A stretch of 64,000 bases of DNA, taken from assembly GCA_010405405.1 (NCBI GenBank), contig MU004231.1, positions 4,266,884-4,330,883 of the forward strand, in the 5' to 3' direction. Both the position numbers and the translations under genes were made by a program. This DNA comes from Microthyrium microscopicum (lineage: Eukaryota). The notes under the pieces were generated by a model. That model searched no databases, was not told where the DNA came from, and saw nothing but the letters and a program-made list of their open reading frames with translations. Below, piece after piece: positions 25,006 through 37,242 of this stretch; position 1 is the stretch's first letter, and each line of letters opens with the position of its first letter.

Positions 25006-25788
25006 TCAAGTATACGAACAAGTAACCGAGCTCCCACCAGCCGAACAGTCCGTCAACACCTGATTATTCTGTCGAATATCCACAATCGTCGACCCATCAA
25101 CATCAACCGTCTGCCCATTCGACACCGCCGACGCCCCCGTAAACGTCACCGCATCAAAATCCGCGAACGGCACCAACGAATCCCCACTGCTAAAATCCTC
25201 CACTATCCACTCCGCATTCGTATTGCACAACGCCCCTTGCTGGCCCGTAAACGTGTGCGTCACCGTCTTCCCCGTCCCATGGTTCGTTATCACTGCACTG
25301 CCTCCTGATGTGCCTGCAGACGTTACGGTCATGCTGATACTGTCGCCGGCATTTACTGCGAAGCCGTCGAATGTATAGCTGTAGTCGGGATACCATTCAT
25401 ACCACGCGTCGTAGCTGGTTTTGCCGTTTTGCACGTAGAAATCTACGCCGGTTTGTAGGATTGCTGATTGGCATGTATCGCCGTCAATGCCGACCCAGGC
25501 GGACGCGCTGTATTCCGTGTTGCGTGAACCGCCTGATGGGGCGGACGGCACGGGCACGGTGATGGTGCCGGTCACGGAGGTGTAGCCGCTGCCGATTAGG
25601 ACGGCGCCGGCCCAGTTGGAGTCGTAGTCGATGTTGCTGCCGTCGGTGCTTTGGATCATGGTGGCATTTTGCCGGGGGAGGGAGCGGCGGGTTCGTTGGG
25701 CGTCGCGGCGGGCGCGGCGGTGGGAGGTGAAGGGGGCGGCGAGGGCGGTGGTGGCGAGGAGGGTTGTTAGGATTGTGGAGGTCTTCAT
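25006..25788 (-). CDS. Secreted glutamic peptidase, family G1 (aspergilloglutamic/scytalidoglutamic peptidase-like)
   Basis: Signal peptide, R-rich propeptide, SNWAGAV, SAWVGIDG, ILQTG (catalytic Gln), AWYEWYP and NAEWIVEDF (catalytic Glu). Confidence 0.93.
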   Translation of the reverse strand: MKTSTILTTLLATTALAAPFTSHRRARRDAQRTRRSLPRQNATMIQSTDGSNIDYDSNWAGAVLIGSGYTSVTGTITVPVPSAPSGGSRNTEYSASAWVGIDGDTCQSAILQTGVDFYVQNGKTSYDAWYEWYPDYSYTFDGFAVNAGDSISMTVTSAGTSGGSAVITNHGTGKTVTHTFTGQQGALCNTNAEWIVEDFSSGDSLVPFADFDAVTFTGASAVSNGQTVDVDGSTIVDIRQNNQVLTDCSAGGSSVTCSYT

Positions 25789-27525
25789 GGTGGGCTATGG
25801 GTGGCACTGGGGTGGAGAGTTGATGGGATGAAGTGTGGGATTGTTTGATTGATATCTAGTGTTTAAGACACGGTTGATGGGTGTTTATATTCTTGATCTG
25901 GTCGCTATGTTTGTCTGCTTGCGCGCTCGCTGTATTGCCACTTTCTGAATCGTGTCGTTTCTTGGGATTTCCTTATCGCAAGATATTCTCTTAGCTGAGC
26001 TCTAAGCTTCCTTCAAGGCGTCCTCACTACCTGGCTGGATACCACCTTGGACGGCTCGATTCCTGGTCATATGCCAGGCTCAAGCAGCCGTGGGGAAGCA
26101 TTGAGCCGGTAAAGGCAGAACATTGGCCTCCATGTCTGGCATCATGAGCGCGTGGCTAGAACATCCTCTTGCTGCTTCTATACACCTCCCCAGCTAGGAA
26201 TCGGCAGGCCCCGTGGTATTTGAGCATCAAGGATCGCTCCCGTCGGGATCAGAACTGGGGAGCTCTACACCATCAGCAAGGTAGATGCACTTATCATTTC
26301 AATTGACGTGCATCTAGCGGTAGTTAGCTACATGTTTAGTTGTAGTTAAGCCATGTCAACAGTCGAGTAATGGGTGTTGATCCAAGCTTCGAATGCCAGG
26401 GACGATTCCTGGTGTAGATCATAGGTGCGACCTCTAGTGATTTCAACTGCCTAATTGATCAATAATGGCTTTGCTTCGGCAATGAAATAGTTGTGGTCCG
26501 AAGTTGTATTTGGGAGCCATCACCTTGGTCATTTGATACGAAGGGCGATTCTGAGTCGGCAGTGTTTGAGAATATAGAATCCATCGTAGGGTTCCAACTC
26601 CAGTTAAGAGGAGGCATTTGCCACTCAGTGGGCCTAGTGAAATATTGCTCTGACTTCTCATGCTAAGAATAAGGGTTGAGAATTGATTCGCAATCAGAGA
26701 AAGCTGACAGAATTGCCTATCTGTGGTGCTATGTAGCAGATGGAGTTGGAGTGTCATATATCCGCACATAATCCAAATCTCTCAAGTATTATGAATAGCA
26801 CATATCTTGTTGTGGGGTTCTAAGGACATGATTGACAAGATCAAGTCGTGACTACGATGTCGAATCAATTATCATATAATATAGCATTCTAGCACACTGG
26901 TTTTACTAGAGCGAAAAAGTTGAACATTTATGAGGGATGTAGTACATGAAATGTTCCATTCGGACCACATACAAAAGAGACATCAGAATCATATATTGCA
27001 AATAATGTCTGATCTTCAATCTTTGAAGCCACTTGTAGTACTTTCTGAAGCTTGTAGTTGTCCAGTGCTATCAATTTTAGTTTGCTCTAGCAAAATCCTC
27101 ATCAACATGATACAAGAGTGGTTCGACTTGGTCGATTGTTAGCAGCAATAACAGTACAATGTACATAAATCGTCAAGCTGCCACGCATGGAGGAATTTTC
27201 TCACACAAAGAAGTGAGAACAGATCAAGATCTAGAAGTCGTCGGCCATCATATTGTATTCAGTACGTCCAATAGGGTGAGATCAATATATACATATTACC
27301 CTATCACTGGTTGACGGTCCGAACCTCTTCTCTACGGATAATCCGTAACCGATTTTAGCAAACCCCGGACGAGCCGCGTAAATGTATGAAAATATATTAT
27401 TACAAGCCCATGGGCAATATTGGCCCGAGTATATAACAAAGACGTGTTTCGACAGTGTCTAAATTCTGACAACTCTGGATATCTCAGAATCCTTTGTAGA
27501 AGTACAGCATCCATACGATTGGGAA

Positions 27526-28410
27526 ATGCGGTTCTACTCTACTGTAGCCATTGGGCTTTCTTCTGCGGTTTCTGTTGTTTCAGCGCAAGATGGTTGCTCG
27601 GCATTACATTTGATATTCGGTATGTTGTTGATCGAATACCGGATTGTGCTCTTACTAAGTCAAGATTAGCTCGAGGAACTGGAGAAACAAAAGGCTTGGG
27701 ACTTGCGGGAACTTCTCTAGCGACAGAATTGAAGAAGCTCGTTCCTGGAGTTACTACATCGCCTGATGATTATCCTGTAAGCAACAGCTCTAGGGATGTT
27801 CGCATAAGGTTAAAATGCTAATCAAGAGTAACAGGCCGACTTCACTGGCTGCGCATCAGAGAGCAAAGGAATCGACGATTTAGTCAAACAACTCACGACA
27901 AGATCCAAAGCATGCCCGAAACAAAAGTATGCGTTAGGAGGTCATTCACAAGGCGCTGTAGTCACTACCCGTGCCATCCCAAAGATGCCCAAGGACATAT
28001 TACCGAGGATTTTGACCGTTACCAACTTTGGTTCTCCACCTTGTCTTCCAGAAGTCAAAGACAGATGCAAGAGTTACTGTAACAAGGGGGATGATATTTG
28101 TGATGGAAGCAAAAACTCGAAATCTCTGGGCCGCTGTGTCACTAGCAGAAGACTCATGGCGCGATCTTGGATGACTGGAGAAGGAGATGACGAATTTGTC
28201 AGACAGCTGAACATGGAAAGCGCAAAATCGCTAAATTTGACCTCAGAGTCCACCGAGGACGTCAACGTCGAGCAAGTGACTTGCACTGGCGCGGATACTC
28301 CAGAGAAAGGACATCCAGTGTCGGGTTTCACCAAGTTTTATCATGCCGATGCGTTCTATACCAAGGCTGCTGCGTGTTATATTGCCACAAAGTTCCAGGC
28401 GAGTTCGTAG
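27526..28410 (+). CDS. Secreted cutinase/CE5 esterase-like protein
   Basis: Signal peptide MRFYSTVAIGLSSAVSVVSA, then C..LHLIFARGTGE, DYPA, CPKQKYALGGHSQGA, FGSP and CNKGDDIC. Introns are about 27620-27669 and 27777-27833. Confidence 0.82.
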
Positions 28411-28745
28411 ATTCGATAGAATAGAACATCAACCCTTCGAAGGCGCCCTAATGTTCTTTGTGCTGTTCTTGTGTGAGTATCCAAGCAGAGGCAGATAACT
28501 CCAGAAGCTGTCGGATTGAACGATAATCGTGAAACTCATGCAACATGCGACAGGAATTTTCCATCTTCTTTGATTACTTCTTTTATGGGAATTGTTTCTT
28601 GAGGAAGATCATTCATTATAACACAGCGTTCTGGCCGTCCAGTGCAGCCCAGCCTGATAATACATCCCAGCCGCTTATGCAAGATATGTGTAAGCAAAAT
28701 GGTGTACATAATATACACATCGTCCCAACCCAAGCTTCAAACACC

Positions 28746-29445
28746 TCAATATGACCAGTATTTGAACTTCTTGAAATCCTCCAGTCGTTCTTGCTTCCGC
28801 ATGTTTCTAGAGTGGCTGACCATAGGATCTGGGTATACGCGCTTCTTTTCCGGTAATTCGCTCGGTGTACTCATGTTTTGGAACCGTTCTACCAATCCTT
28901 GTAGTTCTGCGGCGCCATTCTCTCGAAATTGTGTCACTTTCTTCACGTTGAGTTTGGTAAGGTCATTCAGCGGCAGACGCTTTTTCATGCGATATGCTAG
29001 TGTTTTGGCGGTAAGATGGAACTTCATATCGCGTGGGCCGTCGACGAGTTCGAGGATGGCGGAGGGTGCTTGATCTTCTTTTTCAGGTTCGATGCGCATT
29101 ACGCGTGTGTAGCCGCGAGCTCGAGTGGAGTAGCGTTTGGCCAAAGGGCCGAAAATCTTGGGGAGGAGGAGGAAAGGTCGCTGAAGAGCAATTAGCGGTC
29201 GTAAATAAATGGTTCCTTTGGCCCCGTACGTATAATAAGGATTTTGCTTTGCGCTTGTCATCATCAGTGCCTCTGATGCCCATCGTTATGACTTTCTCGG
29301 CGAGTTTTTGCGCTTCTTTGGCTTTGGGCCATGTTGTTGTTATGTGTTCTCGTTCGAACAGCTTATCTATTAGATTCCGAAGGAGTGCTTGTCTATGGGC
29401 GGAATTGCGACTGAGATGACGGTATTTGGGTTTGGCTCCTGCCAT
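28746..29445 (-). CDS. MRPL8: Mitochondrial ribosomal protein bL17m
   Basis: Motifs KYRHLSRNSAHRQALLRNL, HITTTWPKAKEAQ, GYTRVMRIEP and DQAPSAILELVDGPRDM. Intron about 29182-29230. Confidence 0.92.
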
Positions 29446-29849
29446 TGCGGCGAACGAAGCGGGAGAGAGTCAGGGTCGACAGAGCTAGGTTGCGAAAGTT
29501 CGACGTAGTAAATTCGGGAATGGTGACAGGAGGATTCTCTTTAGCTGATGACAGGAGGTAATTGATTTATGGTGATGGTCTTGTTGTGGAGTTTGAGTAC
29601 GCCCAAGTCCTGTTAGAAATTTTGTTGAAGTTAGACAGGCAGGAAAGTTCTCGGCCGAGCTTCGGGATCGCCAACAACACCATCAATCAACATCATTCCT
29701 TTCACCGATTGTCTCAACCCTCAATCACGTCCAAATCCTCTCCGGAGGTTTGTTCAATCCACTCAATTGGCCACGAAGACTCTACAGGACGAATTTCGAA
29801 TCGATCAAGCTTCTCCAAGTACACCAAAGCCCAACATTGAGCTCCAATC

Positions 29850-30309
29850 ATGGGCTTCGTGAATGGCTTCGTATGCTCCTCCATTCTACTACTACACTCA
29901 TTCTAACAGCTCCCAGCTCGGCGGTGTGACCCTCACGTCATCAATCCTATATCTCACAATCACAATCCACCGCCAGAACCGAATACAACAAGCCGCCTTA
30001 CTACGTCAACAAGATACTGTTCTGCGCTCGCTCATTGAGCCCAATCCCCCTGCGCCGCTCCCGAGAGCTCGTGAGGTTCAAGCCGGACTAGTGGAACAAG
30101 GGAAAGATGCCTGGAATGCAGAAATCGAGGCTATAGTGCGGAGAGTCAACAATACTGACTGGAACGCGGTGCGAGCGAATTTGGAGGGCAGAATTCGACG
30201 ATTGGCTGGCAAGGCTGCGCAAAAGGTGGAGGAGAGTAAAGTTGCTGAAAGAGTAGCAAATGCTACAGGATTGGCGGTGGACAAAGCTACGAGTAGAAGG
30301 GAGGGATAA
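29850..30309 (+). CDS. MIC12: MICOS complex subunit Mic12 (Aim5)-like
   Basis: Spliced N-terminus MGFVNGF|LGGVTLTSSILYLTITIHRQNR and downstream KDAWNAEIE..VRRV..TDW. Intron about 29871-29916. Confidence 0.75.
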
Positions 30310-30466
30310 CTTGAGATTTTGTTTGGAATGATACCCAGGACACGATGCGAAATAGACCGACAAAACGTGGATAATTTAGCGACAGCGACAGGTTGCGCAG
30401 ATATGCGCTCAGGAAAATGGAAAATATACAAGGTAGTCGAAGACCGATAATTCATATCTGATGACA

Positions 30467-32714
30467 TTACACTTTGCGCTTGACGAGGCCCCTGAAAAAG
30501 TCGAAGCTATTGCTATCACTTTGGAGTGTTACGGTATGGCCAGTAGGACGATCCTCCCATCCTAGCTCTTCGGCGACCAGCAAACCCCAATCTCTACTAA
30601 TTCCCTTGATCTTCGCTTTCGACCCTCCTTCCGATTCCAGTGTGACTATCTGATCACTACACGACATGTAAGCATATTTGAAAACCACGGCAGGAAAATG
30701 ACATACCTGTGCAACCACATATCATAATACGCCTTTTCCAACTGACTTCCCCAGCCCTCAGCACAAAACGTGCTATACAATTCATCAAAGGTTGTCAGGA
30801 TCCTAGCCAGGAGTCTCTCTGTCTCAAAGGCTGCCAACCCTTGCTTCTTCGCAAGCATATCAAGTCCAGTGGTGGGCGCCGCATTGGCAACGTTGACACC
30901 AACTCCTACCACCAGCCCATACTTCTCCCCAGCAAACGTTGAGTTCACAAGGATCCCACCAACCTTGACGAATTTGCCCGGAGATTCTGGATCGGCCGCA
31001 TACACATCGTTCGGCCACTTCAAGCGCAGCGGTATCTTGTCATAGCCACGTGCATATGTTTTGGCACCACGTACAACAGCCATGGCAGCAAGGTATTGGA
31101 CGAATACAACAGGAGCAGAATACTGAATGGCAATGGGATGCCAGATGACAGTGCTGAACATGAGGGAGCCAGGAGGTGAGATCCAGACATTGGAACCACG
31201 GCCTCGGCCGGAGACTTGGGTTGAGGCGGTGGCGGTGAAGCCGGTGGGAAGTGTTTTGAGGAGGTTGTGATTTCTAACAAGTGGTTAGGAGGGGAAAATG
31301 CTCGCAATGGGGCGCATACTTCTCTAGGAGCGTTGAAGTGCTTGTAACGACTTCACCGTATAGAAGATGTTTACCGAAGCTGGATCGGTGGAGACGAGTG
31401 CCCATGTAATGCTTGAGATGGGAATAGAATTGATCATGGTTGAACTTTGGGGTTTCGCGAGTAATTGGGAGGTTATCGGGAGATATGATAATGTTCTTCA
31501 CAACCTTATCATAATCGACTATCCTGTCGCTGCCAGAGTCATTCTTAGCTTCTGGTTCTGATATTTGAAGGGCTGAGAATTGGCTCTCAATAGATTCGAT
31601 ATCTTCAGTTTTGGTGAGTACCAGTTCCTTTGGAAAGTTGCGTATTCTGAACATATCAAGGTCTCCTTTAATAAAGACCTCACCGTCTTTCAAAGAGGCA
31701 ATGATGTCTGTCCATTTCTTCAACAACATAGGAACAGCGGCTTCGGCGAGTGCTGTGAGGTATAAAGGAGAAAGGGATGGTACCATCTGTGAGGACTGAT
31801 TCACATCCAGTCCAATCTTTTGAAGACAAGCCTTGAGAAAAGCTTTGCGATCATCTTCAAACTTGTCAAGAGATTCCACAACAGCTTTGAATTCCTCATC
31901 GTGTCTGTTCTTGTCGAGATTTGGAACGGCGAATCTGCAAAAATAAACATCGAGTCTCATGACGAGCTCTATATGAAAGACTCACTCGGGATGAGGCCCT
32001 GTAAGCAACACCGCCCCTTCACCAATTTTCCTACATATCACTGCGGCTGCTCCATCTCCAGGGTCGCAATTCAAAGTATCCGTGTAGCTTGCAAGTATCT
32101 CTACACCTTGATCTGCATATCTAAGAGCATCAACAAATACCCCTCCACCGTTGTAATACGTCTCAAATTCATCTGGCAGTTCGACTTTGATATCCTTGAA
32201 AGCAGAATCATTGAGGCTCAACTTAGCAGCTCTTGCACCAGCTTCGCTCTGATATTTGAACCCTGGGAAGGCCAATCCGCGACATGTACCAGGATAGAAT
32301 TGAAGCTCCCGGTCGCCAATTACTTCCATCGTCTTATGTCCTTCCATAAATTCGCAGCGGCTTGAGCCATAATAGCCACCAGCACAGAGTCCAATATAAC
32401 GTCCGCCATTCTGCACGAATTGCTTTATTTTGCGGTTACCGTCGCCGTTTAGCATACGACAATACGGAAGATCCGCTCCACCAGGCATTATGAGTGCTGC
32501 ACAGGTGCTTTGCCATGGCTCCGTAAGTAAGGCTTTTGATGAAAGTGGAAGGACGACGTAGGTAGGCGAGAGAAGATAGCGGAAGGTGAAGAAGACATGC
32601 TGCAGCGAAGTAGAAGTTGTTCCCTCGCCTAGATGATATCAGCCATCTATTATTTCAATCGAAACATCAATTACCGCTGTAGACCAGAATATTGATGCGC
32701 TTGTTGGTGGCCAT
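30467..32714 (-). CDS. BPL1: Biotin--protein ligase (holocarboxylase synthetase)
   Basis: N-terminal BPL_N (NILVYSGEGT, MPGGADLPYC, GLCAGGYYGS, LTGPHPE) and C-terminal catalytic domain (VTSTSTLLEKN, QVSGRGRGSNVW, LKWPNDVY, KVGGILVN, LQSDSNSFDFFRGL). Several GT-AG introns. Confidence 0.93.
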
Positions 32715-32831
32715 GGTCAGATTTGGTCTCGGACCTTTGCGGCGTTTTCCCAACTTCACCTCATCAACGACTGTTGCGACTCTTTGACTCTACAAAGCTC
32801 AACAATTTCGAGTCCAGAAAGATTCAATTCA

Positions 32832-33243
32832 ATGGCCGACGCAAACGTAAATCAGATCAGCACCAAACTTGACGATGATGAACCTGATGATTGGTATGTT
32901 GACCCCGCTCAACTCCACAGCTCATTGCTGGCTAAGAACTTAGAAGAGAGATTTTGGCTGACATGATCATGCAGGGATAAACGCATAAACAACACTGGAT
33001 GTGCTGGTACATCTCAACATTTTCTCAAAATGAATAGATCTAATCATGCTCAGCCGAAAATTTGAAATTGACAGATTGCTACTACGAGAAGAAAGATTGG
33101 CGCCAGTGTAAAGACGAGGTTCGTCATCTACAAATCTACCTCGCGGACTTTAGGTATATGCTAAAGATTTGTAGATGAAGATTTTCCAAGCCTGTTGGAA
33201 GAAGTATGGCAACGCCCAAAGAACTGCTATGACAGACAAATAG
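32832..33243 (+). CDS. COA4: Cytochrome c oxidase assembly factor 4 (twin CX9C)
   Basis: Four small exons (introns 32894-32974, 33007-33053, 33119-33174) give ...DEPDDWDKRINNTGCAAENLKLTDCYYEKKDWRQCKDEMKIFQACWKKYGNAQRT... Confidence 0.85.
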
Positions 33244-33916
33244 CATGCTTCACTGCTACTACGCATAATCAAGCTCAACGAGCAGTAACCGAATGCCTCC
33301 ATTGAATGGTGACCATCCAAAAACTCCGTAGCAGACGTTGACACAGCACAATGCATCAATTGCTGTTTACGTCAAGTAGAGAGTCTCTGCCTTGACCCTT
33401 GCGGTGCTCATGTACTGCTTTCATTTCGCGTCCGGTTGTTGTGCCTCCAGTGCACTGCTCACTGGAGAGTAGTCAAGGGAAGTATAAGATAGCGAAGCAT
33501 GTACAATGAACTTTCGATGCTTTATTATTGACAATTTTCTTTCAAATTACGCTCTATAACACCAAGTCAAGAAGTCCCCACTGTGCCCGGAATATGCCTT
33601 GAACAACAGATGGGATGCACGAATCAAGGGAGAATGCGCCTCATAGATAACACATCACTTGTTAGAAAATCAGGAATGGGGCAAAGAAGTTCCAAGAACC
33701 TACAATATCAGGATTCTGAAAGCATAAATATCTTCAGGTCGATGGAAGAGAAAAATCATGGACTGACTGACTGCCGAGTCTTGCTTCCAAGCAATGATCC
33801 AGAGATCGGTTGAAGTATCAAAAACGACAGACTATCATCAAGCTTACCCCATAGGTGATCGTCAATTCAGAATAATCATCTTCTGACAATGCATGCAGCC
33901 TGCAATAGAGCTCAAA

Positions 33917-34288
33917 ATGAGCGCAAATCCTCCTCCTTATCCCGATTCTTCTCACCAACAACACCATCATCACCATTTTAACACCAATATTACTTGGGGT
34001 ATCGATGGGACTGAATTGAACGCATCTGAACGTTACTTTGGTTGCTACACTCCTCAGGACAGCGGGCAATGTAAGATTGTACGAGAATCAAGTTGCTGTC
34101 CTTGTAGGGTTTGTCACCATCCAGTGGAACATGACCATAAGCCATCAAGGTTAGCAGGGTTTTCTGCGACGCTCTTTGTCATAGCATGGATTGCCCCTTT
34201 CGTCTACGCGATTAAGGAAATGTCTGCTGGATGCCGACTTGGAGAGTTGAAGACACGTCAGGGTTGTGTGTGGGTGACATCGACCTGA
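33917..34288 (+). CDS. Possible small His/Cys-rich membrane protein
   Basis: ORF with a PPPY motif, an H5 tract, a CCPCxxC cluster and one hydrophobic segment. No family recognised. Confidence 0.3.
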   Translation: MSANPPPYPDSSHQQHHHHHFNTNITWGIDGTELNASERYFGCYTPQDSGQCKIVRESSCCPCRVCHHPVEHDHKPSRLAGFSATLFVIAWIAPFVYAIKEMSAGCRLGELKTRQGCVWVTST

Positions 34289-34596
34289 TATGTCTATTGT
34301 GTCCAATATGTAGACAGCGGAGCGATTTTAATATCATACCTAGCATTAAGGCGAGTTGTTTAGGTGACCACATCAATATGTTGATGAACCAGGAAAAGTG
34401 AAGTTGACATCAAAAATACTTCAATTATCGTCGCGGCTTTTGATTGGACCATGGTACTGTCACGTGGTACGGTACTGCCTTCCAAAAATAAATCTTGTGA
34501 TCCGAACCTCAACTGCATTTAGCCACCCTCTCTTCCTGAAGCGTAGAACCTCCACACCGCTCTCCGCCACAATTTTCAGCGCAAAGCAAGGACAAG

Positions 34597-35519
34597 ATGT
34601 CGTCCAAAAAGCGCGCCCAAACAGCAGAGCCGTCAGAAACGCCCGCTGAACCCTCGGCGCCAGAAACCACCACCAACGAACCAACCCAAGAAAACAACGA
34701 GGAATCCTCAGCGCCAGCGACGACAGAAAGCGCCTCAGACCGTCTGGCACGCTTCAAAGCCCTCAAAGCACGACACAACTCCTCCAAGAAAGAGAACCTC
34801 CAGGAATCACAACATGAAGCGCAACGCATGGCCACCAACCCCAACCTTCTCAACGCCCTCAACCGCAAACACGCTATCGCCTCACATAAACTTCTCAAAG
34901 CCGAAACAACAGCTGACGGCGATGACTTTGAGCGCAAGCGTGCATGGGATTGGACTGCTGAGGAGAGCGAGAAATGGGATAAGCGCGTGAATAAAAAGGG
35001 CAGACATAAGGAGGATGTTGCGTTCCAGGATTATACGCAGGACTCGCGCAAGGTTTACAAGCGGCAGATGCGTGACTTCAAGGTGGATTTGGAGGCGTAT
35101 CAAAAGGGGAAGATGGAGGCGATTGAGAAGGCGGTGGAGATGGGTGGGCTGGATATCGTGGAGACGGAGGATGGGGAGCTTATTGCGGTGGATCGCGATG
35201 GGAGTTTCTATTCGACTGCGGATACGTCTAATATGCAGAAGAAGCCTGATAAGGAAGCGATTGATCGGTTGGTGAATGATCTGGAGAAGGCGGAAGCACA
35301 ACGACTCAAGAAGCGACGAGAGCGATTAAAGAAGGACGACGATGGTGGAGATGTGACGTACATCAACATCAAGGTAAGCTTTACATCTCTGAGCCTGCCA
35401 CTGGGTGTGTTACTAACTGGTGGTTCCAGAACAAGCAGTTTAACGAAAAGCTTAAGCGCTTCTACGACAAATACACCTCCGATATCAGAGACAGCTTCGA
35501 GAGAGGTACAGCAGTTTAA
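34597..35519 (+). CDS. SYF2: Pre-mRNA splicing factor SYF2
   Basis: Motifs DFERKRAWDWTAEESEKW, DYTQDSRKVYKR and, across intron 35374-35429, DVTYINIK|NKQFNEKLKRFYDKYTSDIRDSFERGTAV. Confidence 0.92.
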
Positions 35520-35575
35520 GCGTTATGATGAAAGAAGGACAAATCTATTCTTTACAACAAGTCTAATCTATATGC

Positions 35576-36976
35576 TTATATCTTGGTTATACCTCCGACA
35601 AATCCCCCATTACATACAGCTTCCATGAGTTGATGTGCGATAGCAGTCCTTGGTGGAAGCTTTAGTTTGACTCCTTTTGGAGCCTCTCCAACAGGATCAC
35701 TAGCTCCAATTCCTTTCTCGGACCATTCTGCGCCCTTCAAAGCAGTCCTTACATCCTCGAGACTGAACCAATCAGCATGTTCTAGTTCAGCATCATTTCC
35801 TAGATCTGGCGCTTTGCTATCTTCACCGGGAGCCGCTTGCCCAATCGCACCAACCATTATGTTTGCTGGATAAGGCCATGGCTGAGTACTGTGCAATACC
35901 ACCCGGTTGAGAGTGACACCGGCTTCTTCCCATACCTCTCGCCGCGTAGCCTCCTCAATTGTCTCCCCTGGCTCCAGAAATCCCGCCAATGTGCTATACA
36001 TGCTTGGTGGAAAGCGATGTGATCGCCCAAGCAGCATTTTCTGGCCGTCGGCTGATACGATTGCGACAATGATAACGGCATCTGTTCTCGGAAATGATAG
36101 ATTCGACACGCCTTTTCTCGTAGCGCAAGCTGGTCGGTCTGTATCAAAAGCAACATCTGTCGGTGGACATGTTCGTTTCCAGCCAGCATGCGTACTCAAC
36201 GTCCGATTACCGCACTGCGCGCAGAATGGATTTCGCTGATTCCAATCCATCGTATGTCTCGCAGCAGCATATATAGCCGCCTCTTCCGGCACAAGATTCA
36301 AAAACATGCGATTGACAACAAACTCTCCACCCATGTCTGTATATTTCTTCACCAACGCATCAGCCGCTTCTTTCGCCGGACTCGACGCCGCCTTCGGATC
36401 AAGCGTTGATGGACCTGAGAGGTCGACCGCAAACACAGGCGTCCCTCGATATCGGTCCTTGTATGAAAATGCATTCTCATCCGCCGTCCTCCGATCGAGG
36501 CCTAGAAACAATATCTGTGGCACCCATGCTCGCGAATCGTACTCCTTGATCACCTCTTCCTCTGTCTTGCCATATGGTCCACCATTTCCCGAGTCAATGA
36601 CCGATCCTACGTCCGCCCAGTCAACATAGCGCAGATTCTCCTCGCCTTGCGTCAACGGTCCGAGATCTTTGAGTAGTAGGAAGCGTGCGGAAGGGTGTCG
36701 AAGCGCCGCATCGAGAAATGTATGATCGGGTCGCAGGAACGATACGCGATTCAGCGGACTGCCGCCAAAGTAGTTTGTGACTTCGGGACCGAATTTGCGG
36801 GACAGCATGGAGGGCTCGCCAGATTCGATCAGAGGCTTGGGTAGCGAGGCGGGCGGCATGGTGGAGCGTAGGCGGTGGGTGATGCTTGGGTGCAGGTAGC
36901 GGGAGCGATTTACTGTTGCCGAGAGTAAAGTGCCGGTGCAGATGTATTTAGCAAATCGAGGGGTGCCACGGTGCAT
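35576..36976 (-). CDS. NPY1: NADH pyrophosphatase (NudC/NUDT12-type Nudix hydrolase)
   Basis: Motifs NYFGGSPLNRVSFLR, DWNQRNPFCAQCG, FPRTD, Nudix box LAGFLEPGETIEEATRREVWEEAG, STQPWPYP and LPPRTAIAHQL. Confidence 0.92.
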   Translation of the reverse strand: MHRGTPRFAKYICTGTLLSATVNRSRYLHPSITHRLRSTMPPASLPKPLIESGEPSMLSRKFGPEVTNYFGGSPLNRVSFLRPDHTFLDAALRHPSARFLLLKDLGPLTQGEENLRYVDWADVGSVIDSGNGGPYGKTEEEVIKEYDSRAWVPQILFLGLDRRTADENAFSYKDRYRGTPVFAVDLSGPSTLDPKAASSPAKEAADALVKKYTDMGGEFVVNRMFLNLVPEEAAIYAAARHTMDWNQRNPFCAQCGNRTLSTHAGWKRTCPPTDVAFDTDRPACATRKGVSNLSFPRTDAVIIVAIVSADGQKMLLGRSHRFPPSMYSTLAGFLEPGETIEEATRREVWEEAGVTLNRVVLHSTQPWPYPANIMVGAIGQAAPGEDSKAPDLGNDAELEHADWFSLEDVRTALKGAEWSEKGIGASDPVGEAPKGVKLKLPPRTAIAHQLMEAVCNGGFVGGITKI

Positions 36977-37242
36977 TCAGTAATCATCAAGGTCCCCTGG
37001 ATATTGGAGTGCTTGGAGCTTCGAGGTTGGTTGGTGGGGGAGAAGGAAAAGGAGCTCCTGCCTCGGTCGACGACTGAGTTGATGCTGCATCTTGCTCCAT
37101 GAATCATTACAAATGCTCTTTTTAGCCTTGTGTTATTCCGCTAGTCCGGTGGAGGCGAGATGTTTGTTTATCTATTCTTCGATACTACCTATACTTCTAC
37201 AACAGCTGTTGTTACAGCGCCCAAGAATAGTGCTCTTTCACT

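Noticed and set aside
26030..26080. GGCTCGATTCC, like a tRNA T-loop (similar motifs near 21110 and 44752)
   Set aside because: No cloverleaf or acceptor stem could be built.
35374..35628. SYF2 ORF extension overlapping the NPY1 stop
   Set aside because: It is read-through of an unspliced intron; the spliced form restores the conserved SYF2 C-terminus.
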